From NCBI GenBank assembly GCA_965285935.1, contig OZ260661.1:124372001-124436000 (forward strand): a DNA stretch of 64,000 nt. The letters are read 5' to 3'. A program made the position numbers and the translations under genes. This document shows, piece by piece, positions 13,918 to 26,399 of the stretch (position 1 is its first letter; each line of letters begins with the position of its first letter). Source of the stretch: Ophelia neglecta. Taxonomy: Eukaryota. The notes under the pieces are model-generated. The model ran no database searches. It was not told the origin of the DNA and saw nothing but the letters and a program-made list of their open reading frames with translations.

Positions 13918-15201
13918 TGAATGATCAGTAGTGATAACTTAAGGCACCGCGAAATGGCGGATTTAGGGATCCTTTATCTTTAGGCCAATTGGTGTAGTTA
14001 TTGAACAGAATTGTCTGGAAAACAATGATTTTCTTAAAGTAATGCAACTGTGAAATCATCTTATTGCTAAGCAAGAACACAATTCTGTCATTGAATTTTT
14101 TTTAGTTTAATTTTTAGTTAAATAGATGTACTAAAATTCCAAATTTGGTGTCATGAACCCTGAAAAACAACCTTAGTCGTCAATGACCCATTTCAAAATA
14201 TGAATCGTGGCCTTACCGAAAGAAATGCAGTCATGCGAAACCGGATCCCTAGCTTATAATAACAGTGCATTGTCAATAAATGAACATTTGCATACGTATA
14301 AACGGTTAAATTGACGAACAAATGTGTCGAAGCATACCCGTGTCCGAGATCATCAAGGCGTGTATGAACGAGAATGGCGTCGTCACAATGGTTAGACATG
14401 TATACAATGAAGCAGGTTTTACATGAAAATGTCCCTATTTAAACTTTGATTGAAACATCGCCCAAAAGGAGAGATACCTGCTGGTGGGGATTTAGCAAGC
14501 AAAAGTAGAAATGCCTTCCCTATAATAACAACCGTCTAAGTCATGTAGATACTTTTTGGTACGTTATAATGTACGCTATAAACTGAACTCGGCTAATGGT
14601 GAAGATCGGTAATGGGGGACATCGCCAATTTAGTCACGTAGCGCGCTATCTTTACCAAAAATAATTGACGGGTTATATATACACATCTCATGTATACACA
14701 TATTATGTTTTGTGTGACTTAGACGAATGCGTTCACAGTGCTTTGTGTAGTACTGGTATATAGAAAAATTATGGCATGCATGCATATCGGTTGATCTAAC
14801 ATCTATGAACACCTCCTTGTACCTAGGCCCGAGTGCTAAAAAGAAAGTTGACTACGTTTCTACATGGAATACAATGGCTGCTTGCTTAGATTTGAGTTGA
14901 GTTTGGGACTAAGAATTGAGCCTGTGCTGAAACGTGTTTGTGCTTGTTCAAAGTATTTTCGTAAGTATGACTTTGTTCCTTGTAAGGTAGAAATGCTCCT
15001 TAAGTCTAAGTTTAGAACTAAATGGGTTCGAAAAACAAGCTGGTCCCTATCTAGACAACATGGTGGGTATGGCTCACCGCTTCTGTCAACTGCTGTCATC
15101 ATCTAAACATTTTGTATTTACAGCGGAAGCTATGATAATTAATACTGTCATTAAATATCTATTACAGCGAATCCGCCGTCAATCTGTGTAGGTGATATGA
15201 A

Positions 15202-15835
15202 ATGGCGAGAGTCTATAGGGGGACACGCTCGACTCTGTTTGTGATAGTAGGCGTGCTAGTAATGGGCACATTACTTTATATTGGATCTCAAACCTATGTG
15301 ACTAAATCCACTTGGCATTCCCAACAGAAAGTAGTGCCCTTCTCGGTATATCAAGATTCGGATGGACAATACTCGGAACTTCATAAAGACGTCAATAAGG
15401 CATTAGGCGTAGTTGAATCCAAGCCTGGTTTTATTTCGAGACTTGCTAATTCAGTTCGAAGGTACATTCCAATATACAGATCACCACCTGGCAGGATTGG
15501 TCCCCCGGAACTTAGCCTAACGTTACTTTGGCAAAATGTCACCAAGGGAGTGTTGGAGTGTCGAACCGGGAAAGTTAAACGTCCTATAGATCGACCCCAC
15601 GGGCAGCAATCGTTTGTGGCAAACCCCCTCCAGGCTTCCTGGAAGTCGGAAAATAATAAAACAAGAAAAATATCTTTCACAAATATATTTAAGAAAAAGC
15701 TGTGGGGTGGGCAGCAAATGCCCGTAAACGGAAGTGACGCAGTGGTGGGCTCTGGACCCGGATCTACCCTAAAGAATTCGATTCAAGTCAGAAAGACGCT
15801 GGATGTTGTGATTGGCCAAGTTAAGGCTATGTACG
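15202..15835 (+). CDS. Coding exon 1 of type II membrane class I SAM-dependent methyltransferase (paralog B, 367 aa spliced)
   Basis: Basic N-tail plus TM (LFVIVGVLVMGTLLYIG), stem, FTNIFKKKLW...SGPGSTL. The exon is 634 nt and ends at phase-1 donor G|GTAAGT (15836). Confidence 0.9.
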
Positions 15836-16741
15836 GTAAGTCAATGCATCAACGAAGATAACAGGCGACTTTTTTTTGTCAAAAAGAGGATAAGGTCTGC
15901 TTTCTAAAAAAAAATTGTTTTGATAAAAATGACTGAAGATGTCAAAGGTAAGCTTGAGCGGAAGATAGTAATTTTGGAAAATAATGTAAAGATTCAATGT
16001 GATTGTCTGCTTTTTACTCCCACCGAAACCATGAGAAATTATAGATATATTTTTTTTTCTTGTAGTTTGAAGAATTTATTTTGCTGATTTTGACTTACTA
16101 TGAGCTTTTATCAATATACATAGCAAAGCATGCGCACTGAATTTGTATGCAAACTGAATCGCAAGCATTTAAGGCAATGTTGTGGGTGCGTATTATTATA
16201 TTTTCAGATGCATATTTTCAATTCATTTTAGCTAATAATTTTTACTAGACGCCTTAATAAAATCTCTGTTTCTTGCTTTAACTAACACCATGGACCACTG
16301 TTTCGTAAACCATGAAATTCAACAGCAGTTCGTCTGAATGCAAAATAGTGTTTTGACTTTTGAAGAAGCTCAACTAATTGCAAATAAAACCTGTCCTTTA
16401 TTCTGCCTGGGCTGTCAAAAAAAAAACTTGGGGGGAAATACGAGCCCTATTGTCCGACATTTATTCTCTTTGACTATGAAAAAACTTAGTTCTTTCTATT
16501 AAATACGATAAATATTGGATTTTGAAGAAAAGCGACAAGAAATGCAGCATAAAGACAGAGCTTCTACGCATTTTGTCAAAGAAATATATGAATTGTTTTT
16601 TTGTTATCGTAACTTGACCAAAAGAAGAAAGAAAGATTACCTACCCAGCATTTTTACCTGTTCGGCTTGCTATTGGTATATTTTCGTTTAGCTATTTTTC
16701 AAAAAATTTATCTGCAAATGCAAGACTCGTGAATATACCTG

Positions 16742-16990
16742 CAGGGGTTTACACTAACTATTGCCCGACGTCCCGGGGCACCTCAAATCTGCTTGCGGAC
16801 ACAAAGGTTTTACTTACTAACTTCCCGCCGGGCAACCTGCTAAAATTCCCCAAATCGCCGATTGTTGGATATCTTGTATATTCTATATGTACAAATAATT
16901 TTGGGACAGTGAGCCTATGGTGCGGGCAAGTAGTTTCCTGGTGCTACTTGCCCTCGGGCAAGTGCTGAGAAAAGTTAGTGTAGACCCCTG
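16742..16990. mobile_element. Intronic MITE with hAT-like CAGGG termini
   Basis: TIR caggggtttacactaact / agttagtgtagacccctg; acctg repeated directly on both flanks. Confidence 0.8.
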
Positions 16991-17064
16991 ACCTGATAGA
17001 CTCTTTTGATCATAATATATGTGAAAAAAAATCTTTATAAGCAATGTCTTCCTCAACCATTTAG

Positions 17065-17534
17065 GTAAGAGTAAAATACGGATGTTGGACATACCCTGTG
17101 GAGACTTGACTTGGATGAGTGAGTTCATGAAAGACAGAAACGACGTTGAGTATTATGGGATGGACATTGTTCCAGACATTATAGAACATCACAAGAGAGT
17201 GTACACCCCGAAATATCCACATATGACTTTCATCAATCAGGATATAGTGGCTGAACCCCTCAAGACTGAGTTTGATTTGATACACACCCGCCAGATGACC
17301 CAGCACCTTACCTCGGCCGACACCATGAGAGTTTTTAAACACTTCAAAGATAGTGGTAGCCATTTTCTAATGGCCACTACCATATTTAATTATAAAAATG
17401 TCGATCTGAAGAGTTTGGATAACTGGCGGTATCGAGCCCAGGATTTGTCAGCCCCTCCTTTCTCATTGCCGGCCCCGATTTGCCAAAGTGCTGATGTTGC
17501 TCAGGAGTTAAATGCAGTCTGGATAATGAATTAA
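17065..17534 (+). CDS. Coding exon 2 of paralog B: Rossmann-fold methyltransferase core
   Basis: Acceptor ccatttag|gt at 17064 restores the frame (..YGKSKIRMLDIPCGD..). Motif I MLDIPCGD, YYGMDI, FINQDI, FDLIHTRQMTQHL; stop at 17534. Confidence 0.92.
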
Positions 17535-18899
17535 AAGTTATTTATTTGTCATGATCATTAAATATAGTGCTAATCACAAGTGGCGTGTTGTGTACAGGTT
17601 ATGTATGCTGTAAAAATAGTATCGAATGCCATTCATCAGAGACGGCAAAATTTATTGTATCCACAAAAATCTTGTATACCTGCATACGAGCAAATGGTGC
17701 AATTATTACGAAAGTAGTATGCAAGTATTTCATTACGCAAAATAAAAACCGACTAGTGCTCACCTAAGAGCATGTGGTACATTATCATGAAAAAGGTTTA
17801 TTTCAGGTAATCAAAACCCATGTAGTAAAAAAAATCACCAACGGCCATGTTAAACGCGTGGAAAATATGGTGCAATGACTGCCAATATTTCAATTTGCAT
17901 GGTCATAGCGACACTAAGATATTGAACAACAGGTACAAGTATCAAAATGACACATACATATATAGAGTAAATCTATTTAAAGAAGAGTGTATAAGGCATT
18001 AGACACTATTGTGTGTTAAATTACATAATGGAATATTGACAGGTATACTGGACACTATATTCCAGGAATTTAACCACTTGTAACCATGGCCGTGGGGAAT
18101 ACCTTTTTCTACGCGAGGCCTGCCTGAAACAGATTTCCCCAAAATAATTGTACCATTAAATATATAATTTGTTCTCAGATATCAAGCTATAGTGCTTCGA
18201 ATGCGTGGGGAGTAGGTACGACAGTTATGAGTATAAGATTTTTAATATTTAACTCCTGCATTGTCCAACAGATTGAAAATAATGCTGAAGATGAACCTAA
18301 TTGTTGTTCGCTTAAATAAAATATTGAAATATAGAACTGTTTGAGGTCTTTTGATCAATTTATTTCACTTGTTTCACTTAATAAAAATCGTTATATATTT
18401 ATTTTCAAGGGACGGAAGCAGAGTATGAAGGTCAAACACTGCTTTTCCTATTAACCATTTATTTAGCTACCATCCACTCTTAACCTGATTAGTGAAATCC
18501 AGATAGTGCCAAAGCCTCAGCTGTTAACTATAGAATGATACCCGTAACATGTACATAAGGCGAACTTCATAATCATGTTGACTTGAGTTGTGGAAAGCAG
18601 TGCGAGTCACTTCAAAATTAAATGCTCTAGATATTTTGCTGGACTCGTTCTTTCAATCTACTCACTTCTTAAGAAATAATTTATGAGTAGATGTTACCGA
18701 TAACACACACGGCCCGTCAGATTATGACGTTGAGCAGTGTGAAATGAAATAGGTAACACTACCTAAAAGTCAGGGGTTTTGGGGCATTACCCATCCAAGA
18801 AATTAAAAAAAAGTGAAGTGAATGTGTGCCCGATTTTGTTTTCAAAAAATTTCATTAGTTTCCACCACACGTTACTGGGAGCTAAATAAATATCCCTAC

Positions 18900-19455
18900 A
18901 TGTTAAATCGAGGCTATCCGACATCATTTTTACATATTCACAACAATAATCTCCATACCTATCTACAGTGGAACCTTTCTAATCCGGTCGGTCGAGGGAC
19001 TGAGAAAAAACTGACCACATTATGAAGGTGACCTTAATAGACAGATCAGTTAACATAGGCATAAATACGGGTCGGGATATTATTTAGTGACCTTAGTGGA
19101 CAGGTGACCTTATCACACGGGTGACCACAAACACAGGTTTCACTGTATATATTAGGGAAAATATATCAATAATCCAGCATAGCAAATGTGCAAGAAGCTC
19201 GAGAAGAAAAAGGTGACAATTTTACTTGTTTTTTTTTTCACAAGTTGGAGTCATACCGCACAGATGAACCCATTAATAACCACATGTGTCCCACTATTAA
19301 AAATGATACCATTCCGGGTCACATATTGTTTCTTATACATACATTTTAATATAACGAATAATACAGACAATCAAGATATATTTTTCTGCTTTTTTGGCCA
19401 ATCACGGGCGACTTTATTATTGCCCTGAGAGCTCTGGAACACTTACCAGGGGAGT
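18900..19455 (+). repeat. Dispersed repeat family, copy 2 (interrupted by a MITE)
   Basis: Colinear with 5880-6325. Confidence 0.8.
18966..19145. mobile_element. Tc1/mariner/pogo-type MITE
   Basis: TA|cagtggaacct ... aggtttcactg|TA: TIR with TA target duplication. Confidence 0.85.
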
Positions 19456-19708
19456 ATGAAAGAATTTCTATTTAGTTCACAGCAACCTATAAGGAGATAT
19501 TTATTTTCAGGTGTTTCTAGAAATAATTGCTCAAAATAGTACATTAATTGAAATCTATTTATTAACCCCCAGAGACTTCTTATAAGTACATTGAAGCTCA
19601 TTTATAACAAAAACAACGGGGATAAATTACAGAAATTCAGGTAAAAATTGTCCGAAATTAGCTAATTCTGCCTATTGGTTACAGGTTACTCAATAACTCT
19701 ATCTCTTC

Positions 19709-19930
19709 AATGTTAAATCAAGGCTATTCGACATCGATTTTCACTTGTCCACCACAACCATTGTCTGCATATAGCGACTAGTTCTGGCTAGATGAGTATG
19801 CATTGGGGAAAATATATCAAACATTCAGCATAGCAAATGTACAAACAAATTTTGCTAGAGGCTCGTAAGGCAAAAGCTGCCATTTAACTTGTTTTTGTCA
19901 AACGTGGAAGCCAAGCCGTAAGCGAACCTT
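19709..19930 (+). repeat. Dispersed repeat family, copy 3 (partial)
   Basis: Colinear with 5880-6100; sits just left of the viral-like block. Confidence 0.75.
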
Positions 19931-21479
19931 ACCAATAACCAAAGCAATATTACCTATGAATTTATACAAACACCAATTCAAGATATTATTTCACGACATC
20001 TTTCGGTCGGAGCATCCAAAAGATTGCAAGATAATTTCATCTTTAATCTTCACTTTTTATAGATAGCTTATACTAGCCTAAACTCTCCCAAAGTATAATA
20101 AATCCCTGTCATACGCTGACCACTGACTCGTGTGTTTGTGCACTGACCAGCATTATGAAATACTGTTGATTTCTTCTCAAATCAAATTCAATTCTATATT
20201 TTTTTAATTTTGGATATTTGGATTGCAGTTTTATTTACAGTTTGGAAACTGGGGGTTGATGTATCTTGCCTTGTGACTGCTGGTTTCCTCATAATTTCAG
20301 ATCGATTTAATAGATTATTATTGATTATAGATTTTTTTTGGGTTTGCCAGGTATCTACGCATTTGCTAACACCATACACTGACCAAGAATCAGACCCGGC
20401 TTCCAAAAGTTGTATAATTATAAAAGCGGTATGCTTTCCTCTACCAAGCTGATTATTGTAGGCTAGTAGTGTATTGTATTGGTATAAGGGTAATACTGCA
20501 TGATGAACGTAGTTCTGCTCGCTACGACTGTATGTGAAATAGTTCTGTGTCCATTAACTACTGGTGCCTAAGTAGTATTCAGCAGTTCAGATGTTATGAA
20601 GTGAAAATGATATCGATGTTTAGGAAAACTGGTGCATTAAGGCGCGAGTACTGAATTATTACGTTTGTAGGAATGAGGGTTTATTGTGATTTGACTACCA
20701 AACTCACATTGATATTGTTGCACTAATATTCCTTTGGCAATAGCATACTTGGTTTCGGAGGGCTTACCAATTGTATTGCTAGATCCTAACATGGATCTGC
20801 GCAGCCGCAGCTTTATCCGACCTTGTACTCGTCGCAACTCGTGAACTGCAGTATAAACAGTGGAAATAATTGATATTCGGTAGGATATTCGTATTAGGAA
20901 CTTAGAAAATCAAGCAATATAAGTGCAATGAACATTTACATTAAAGCAAGCGCATAAAATTCTGCCTTGTTTTCAAAATCTTCCAAGAATATGAGCTCAA
21001 CCCAGCCAAATGTCCACCTGTCAAACACGTCTAGGTCCGAAAGGCTTAACTTGGCTTGTAGTCCTTTCTTCATTGTCACTCTGTGAAAAAGTGGCCATTA
21101 CATGAGGCTCGGATGGATTCCAATTTGTCTTGTGTTCTCTAAATCATTATGAATGTCCTTCGAAGGACGTCGGGGGGGGGGGGGTAATCCAGAAAGGATC
21201 TGCAGCATTTAGATAAGTTTTTTTGAACATTCCAATCCGTAAAGACTTGCAAAAATAAAGTGAATCGATACCCGACGGACAAAGCATAATCATCAACCAG
21301 GAATAGCCATTAGATCTGTCAGAAGTCGTCAGGAAGCACCAGCCACAGGCACACAGCCACAGATTCCAAATAGTAAATTCACTTGATATAACTTGCAATG
21401 AGAAATAGCAGTTTTCAATGAATTGAGTCAGATCACCATTATACGAGTCAGTGGTCGACGAAGGACAGTGATGTAGTAT

Positions 21480-22856
21480 GGCCTATGGTGATCTATGGTC
21501 TCTCACATTTAGAGAGGAAAGATGAATTTGTCTGAACCTAACAAGGGGTAAAGATCCCTGCAAATTAAAGAAGGGAATTAGCTTCTTTCAGGATACATGA
21601 GAGCGCCCATCAGAACATCAGTAACTTGCTCTCATTTATCATATTAACAAGGACAGCGATAAAATGAGCTGCTGTTAATTGGTATCAATCAAGGAATATG
21701 TATTCCCACCAGATGTATGTCTTTTTACCTATAGCTCGATGGTATAACATCTCTTATTTATAAACTCCTGATGAGTATGTGTACTCAATTTCATGACAAT
21801 TCTAATGAACTTCAGTAATTAACTTTTCAAACGGCCTAGAGATTATTCACTGATTAGGCAGACAATGTTGTCTGTCCGGCTCTTGTCAGAAAATCCCTTT
21901 GTCTTAAGCCCGCAAAAAGGCCAGAAATTTATCTATTGTTATCTATTGGTCTTTTCAAACAATGCGTCATTTTTATGACCATCGCTGAGATATTAAAATG
22001 CAGTCAAAGAAACGGACAATGGTGCCCGGTCTTTTGCGCCAGTGATTAATGGACATAAAAGACAAAGCAACGCGCCTTTTTGCATGTCAATTTATATCTA
22101 TATAACAATCATTTGCAGCATACCATTGACATTAACAGTATGAGCATATGAATCACTGTAAAGCCAGCCGCTTGGTATATAACTGTACAATGTCAAACTT
22201 GGGGAGTAATTTATAAGGTTCAATTTCGTTGTCCTATCACTCTGAAATGGAATAGGTGTATTAACGATATGCATAGTTTGACAATGAATCTACTAATGAA
22301 ATATCAACGTCACATTTACATGTTTGAAATGGAAAGTTCGGCGGTAGAATTTTCGTTTAACCAGCTTTATCCGATGAGGGTCGAGGCATATTTTAGAAAT
22401 ATATGTATATATAGTACATGTAGGATAAGCAGGGAGCAAACGGCACTGAATCAGGTCATTTGGCGTATCGCTGCATTGGGACTGGGCGGGTAATAAGGAA
22501 CCGGCTTGTTAGATAAACACCTCTGCATGACTTTCCGAACGACGCATCCATCACGAGGTGATAAATTATTGAATTCCCAGGCATGATATGATTATATCAA
22601 TATAGAAGACATGGTCTAACTGCTGAGGAAAATGTCAGAGGAGGTCCCACCCTCTCCTAAGGGGGGCCGTGGTGAGATGTTATTACCAAGACCCAGAATG
22701 CTAAACCAGGAAAGTTCTCACTTGGCCGTTAACATATCAGCTGGAATTCACTATGACTTCAAAGATGTAAATCATGCGTTAGACATTTGCGAAACCCAGT
22801 TTGTCAAAATGTTTAACTCATATACTTCAACCCGAAGTTTGCAATTAAAAGAATAA
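21480..22856 (+). pseudogene. Decayed viral-like ORF, unknown function
   Basis: Long + frames with sparse stops, ending at TAA 22854-22856 that overlaps AATAAA. Confidence 0.4.
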
Positions 22857-23249
22857 ACTTAGTTTTCCATATATAGTTTCTTTTTAAATCGGCTATCTTT
22901 ATAGCTTTTCATGGGCTTAAAATCAAAAAGAAAATGAGTTTCATATCTATTCATGTGTATAGAGTTCATTTTTATTGATTTTGAGCCGATGTTGTTTCTG
23001 TGCTACAGAGGCAATAATAAAACAGGAAATATAACAACAAAGGCAAAATAATGTAAAGAAAAAAGGTACGTCTTTGTAAAAGGCAAAACTATTAAAAAAT
23101 TATATAAATCATGGGTTTAAATATTCATTTGATTAGTTCAAAAGAGGAAACAAACCAACTTATTTAAGAATATCAAGTTGTAAGACTAGACAAAAACTGA
23201 ATCACTATAGTTCTTAGTATGTACAATAAAGATATGTATCGTGATAAAT

Positions 23250-26200
23250 ATTGATAAATTATAACAATAATAAACAACAACCTATATCTATATAATCTGG
23301 CTGTGATATAATTTTAAACGGATCCAACGTTCATTTGCAATAAAACAGAGTAATTTTGTATATTCACTAAATTTTGTTCTGCCCGATCAAACTTAGATCA
23401 AACCTACATTTCTGGCGATTTGTCTATTGTGCACTTTCACTTCAGTCTTCAGTTATACATGAATGAGTCCTTTGAAATTGTAATGAACGAGCCAAAGTGA
23501 CTTTAAAAGCTTATGAATATGTATCTACACTAAGATTGGATTGTCATCACAATACGTTTCCTGTCTGATCAGTGATCATGACAAGATGACTAGATCATTA
23601 ATCATATGATCTTAATTGAAATTTCTATTGAAATTCAATCATATATTGACAAACGAACAAAACAAGAAGATCGTTAGGCGCAAACTATTTACCATTTGTC
23701 TTCACAGTATGTGATTCTGCTAAATTAGCATTTTTCTTTGTTACATGAAGGCAATTGACATTGTCTGGCCTTAGTTGCATGAATCCTATTGGCATGCCGA
23801 TGTTTTCAGAAAACGATGCTAGAGGAACTCCAGCAGCAGCAGAAGTACTGCACTGCTTGCGCAGAATTAAATCCCGTCTGCCAGTCCTTCTTGTTTCATG
23901 CAATGTGACTGATTTGGGAATAATTGGTTTTATTAACATTATCCAGAATGAATAAAGAACACAAGCGATACAATTACTATCGAACCGATCTGCCACTACC
24001 CCAAGCAATCGTATTTTTGGATTTACTGTCGGCTGGGGGTAACACTTGCCGGCTGAGAGGAGGAGGTTCTATAGCATATCTGTAGACAGAAGGGTCTGTC
24101 TCTCGTCTCTGTCAGTTCGAGTACTTCCAAGTCGGGACCTCTAATTTTCACATAGTGGGGAGTGCAAATGTAGCATTCACGAGTGTTGATGCCTTCAATA
24201 ATATGAATATAACTGTAGGCCACGGATGTGATATTCTTTTCATTTTGAATTTGGACCGAATGTTCCACTTGTACAAATTGGTGATCACCATTTCATTGGA
24301 CATAAGCTTCTTATATCGATACCCGACCAAACGAACCTATGATATCGGATACTAGCTGCTTCTCCACAGAGCAGGTAACCAATATTTCATAATGGTTTGC
24401 TATGTTCATACTAGATTGATATAATGTCGATATATACTCCCGGATGAGACGGGATGCGCACATATCGACCATCGATATCTTTAATACATAACAATGTTAA
24501 ATCCTATCTTGTCCTTTTATTTCTGCTGCTGCTAGTTACTGAACTGCTGTGTCTTGCGTTGCAGCCCTCATTTTAAGAACTGTTCACGCAGTTGCCGTCC
24601 CTGGGGAGATTCATTAAAAAAAATTGCGAAAAACGGCAAGCTTATCTGTTAAGTGCTTAAATTATATCTTTCTGGATTGGGCGCAAGAAGACGGCCTTAT
24701 TTAAACTGTAGCAACCAATGAAATGGTAGTTACTACTTACATGTGGCCACTCATTCTTATGACTCATGTTTCTGCGTGACACCTAGATCAAAACAGACTT
24801 AAAAGATAAAAATACGCCAAAGCTCAAAATCCACAGAGTACGCACAATGTTAAACGTTGGGTGTCCATATGGCCTTTAAAACAAAATTATGCATGCGTGA
24901 GTAATCTGAATAGAGTGTCGTATTTGTTCCTCCACATCGGCAAATTCGCGAAGGTAATCAGCATATTTGCCACCATAAACAAATTGAAACTAAGTGTGTG
25001 CATTCTGATGGCAACCAAGTAAATAGCTCACATTTTTATCGCTTTGTATTGAAAGGAAATCAAAGCAAATATCGACAACATTACTAGGCAACAGTTAATA
25101 GGTTATCTTCATTTTGAACCCAGTGAATTCTTTTTTATACAGGTACATGTATTGTACTTGGAGGTTATCTTAACAAAATGCAGATTATTAGCAAATAGTT
25201 CTGGCTGCAAATTTTACATTATGGGAAATGTGTGGAACGGGTACCAATCTCAAGTGTTTGGAAGGTAGAAAGGCAGGACCTAGTTTTACCGGAGGTAAAG
25301 CATTGGTCAGTTAATCCTGGGACACAAGAAACCTGTTTCTTGTGTCCCAGGTTAATCATACAATATCAAACTGTTTCCATTTTCCCAATTCGCCAATGAA
25401 TTTATTAGTTCCTAGTGTACTTTAGTTTGATCGGCCGTTTATTTCAAGCCAATACTATGAATGCAGTTCATGTAATCGCAACATGCACTGTAAATGTGTT
25501 AATCTCTAACACCCATCCTTTCATTCAGCAAAGCAATGTCCGCGATCAGATTGCCTGGATAATCTATTCCGATTACCTATAATTCTGCACATTATATTAA
25601 TTTTCGTATGAGGGTTAGAGAATTGGCAAAGTTAAAAGTACCATATTGGTTTATCTATCTATTCCATGATTATATTGAAGCATTGCGACATGAATGAAAG
25701 TTCTTCATGGGGCGTGTTAACAAGCTGCTTAAGTATATTGTTATTTACGAAAATAAACTTGACTCTGATCTGAAATATTGTCTGTGAAACATGCTCTGAT
25801 TGAGTGTAATTAAACTGCATCCTCCACATATATATATAACTGCCATAATTGCGCTAGCCCGTTTTGCCCATAGGAAAAGAACTACATCGTATCGGATATA
25901 TCGGTAACATTAAATATAATAGTTGTCTTTGGCGAGCGGCGATTCGACTTAACCTGCACATTTAGATCAAAACACAACTTTACATGGTATGAGTGGCACT
26001 CTTTAAGTGTCGTTAACATACCAATATCGGTTTGTGTACAGTCGATTCTGTCCTTGTGGGCATCTGTGAATTAAGGGCGCAGAAACGCCACCATTGGATG
26101 AAGGGATAAGGAACACAGTCAGCGAAATCCCTCTTCCCATACCTTCATATTGTTGTGATTTAGTGACCGATGGCAAGTTAGATTTCGAAACGAACGATTT

Positions 26201-26300
26201 ATAAAATCCAGAAGCAATCTTAATCTTATGATCAATACTTTATTTATTGTGCTCAGGTGTCTATCAGAGTGTTATGAACAGCACTGTAATATATTAACAT
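23250..26300 (-). pseudogene. D5-like primase-helicase (AEP primase plus SF3 helicase) pseudogene
   Basis: AEP motif I VKLCFDLN (25957-25980), motif II SEHV...F.NN (~25790), motif III IDKPI (~25650). SF3 Walker A-like KSVTLHETRRTGRRDL (~23890), B-like CLHVTK, C-like HLVMITD (~23575). Order and spacing as in D5 proteins; about 1000 codons. Confidence 0.68.
25317..25350. mobile_element. 34-bp perfect hairpin insertion with 7-bp target duplication
   Basis: gttaatc|ctgggacacaagaaac-ct-gtttcttgtgtcccag|gttaatc. Confidence 0.85.
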
Positions 26301-26399
26301 TAGTTTACATTCTATACACATTTCGGACACAATTTTTAATTATTTCATTACATACATGTTCATGTTGTTTCTTATAATCGGTTCTAGTTAGAGACATAT

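Larger units (their letters stand above)
12326..13920 (-). mobile_element. 3' fragment of an EnSpm/CACTA (CMC) DNA transposon
   Basis: CCC-initiated terminus followed by accatggt-rich subterminal repeats, plus a transposase C-terminus at 13630-13917. Confidence 0.65.

Noticed and set aside
20820-20870. Primase motif III-like VYTAVHELR (minus)
   Set aside because: No supporting upstream AEP motifs at proper spacing; a better primase lies at 25.6-26.0 kb.
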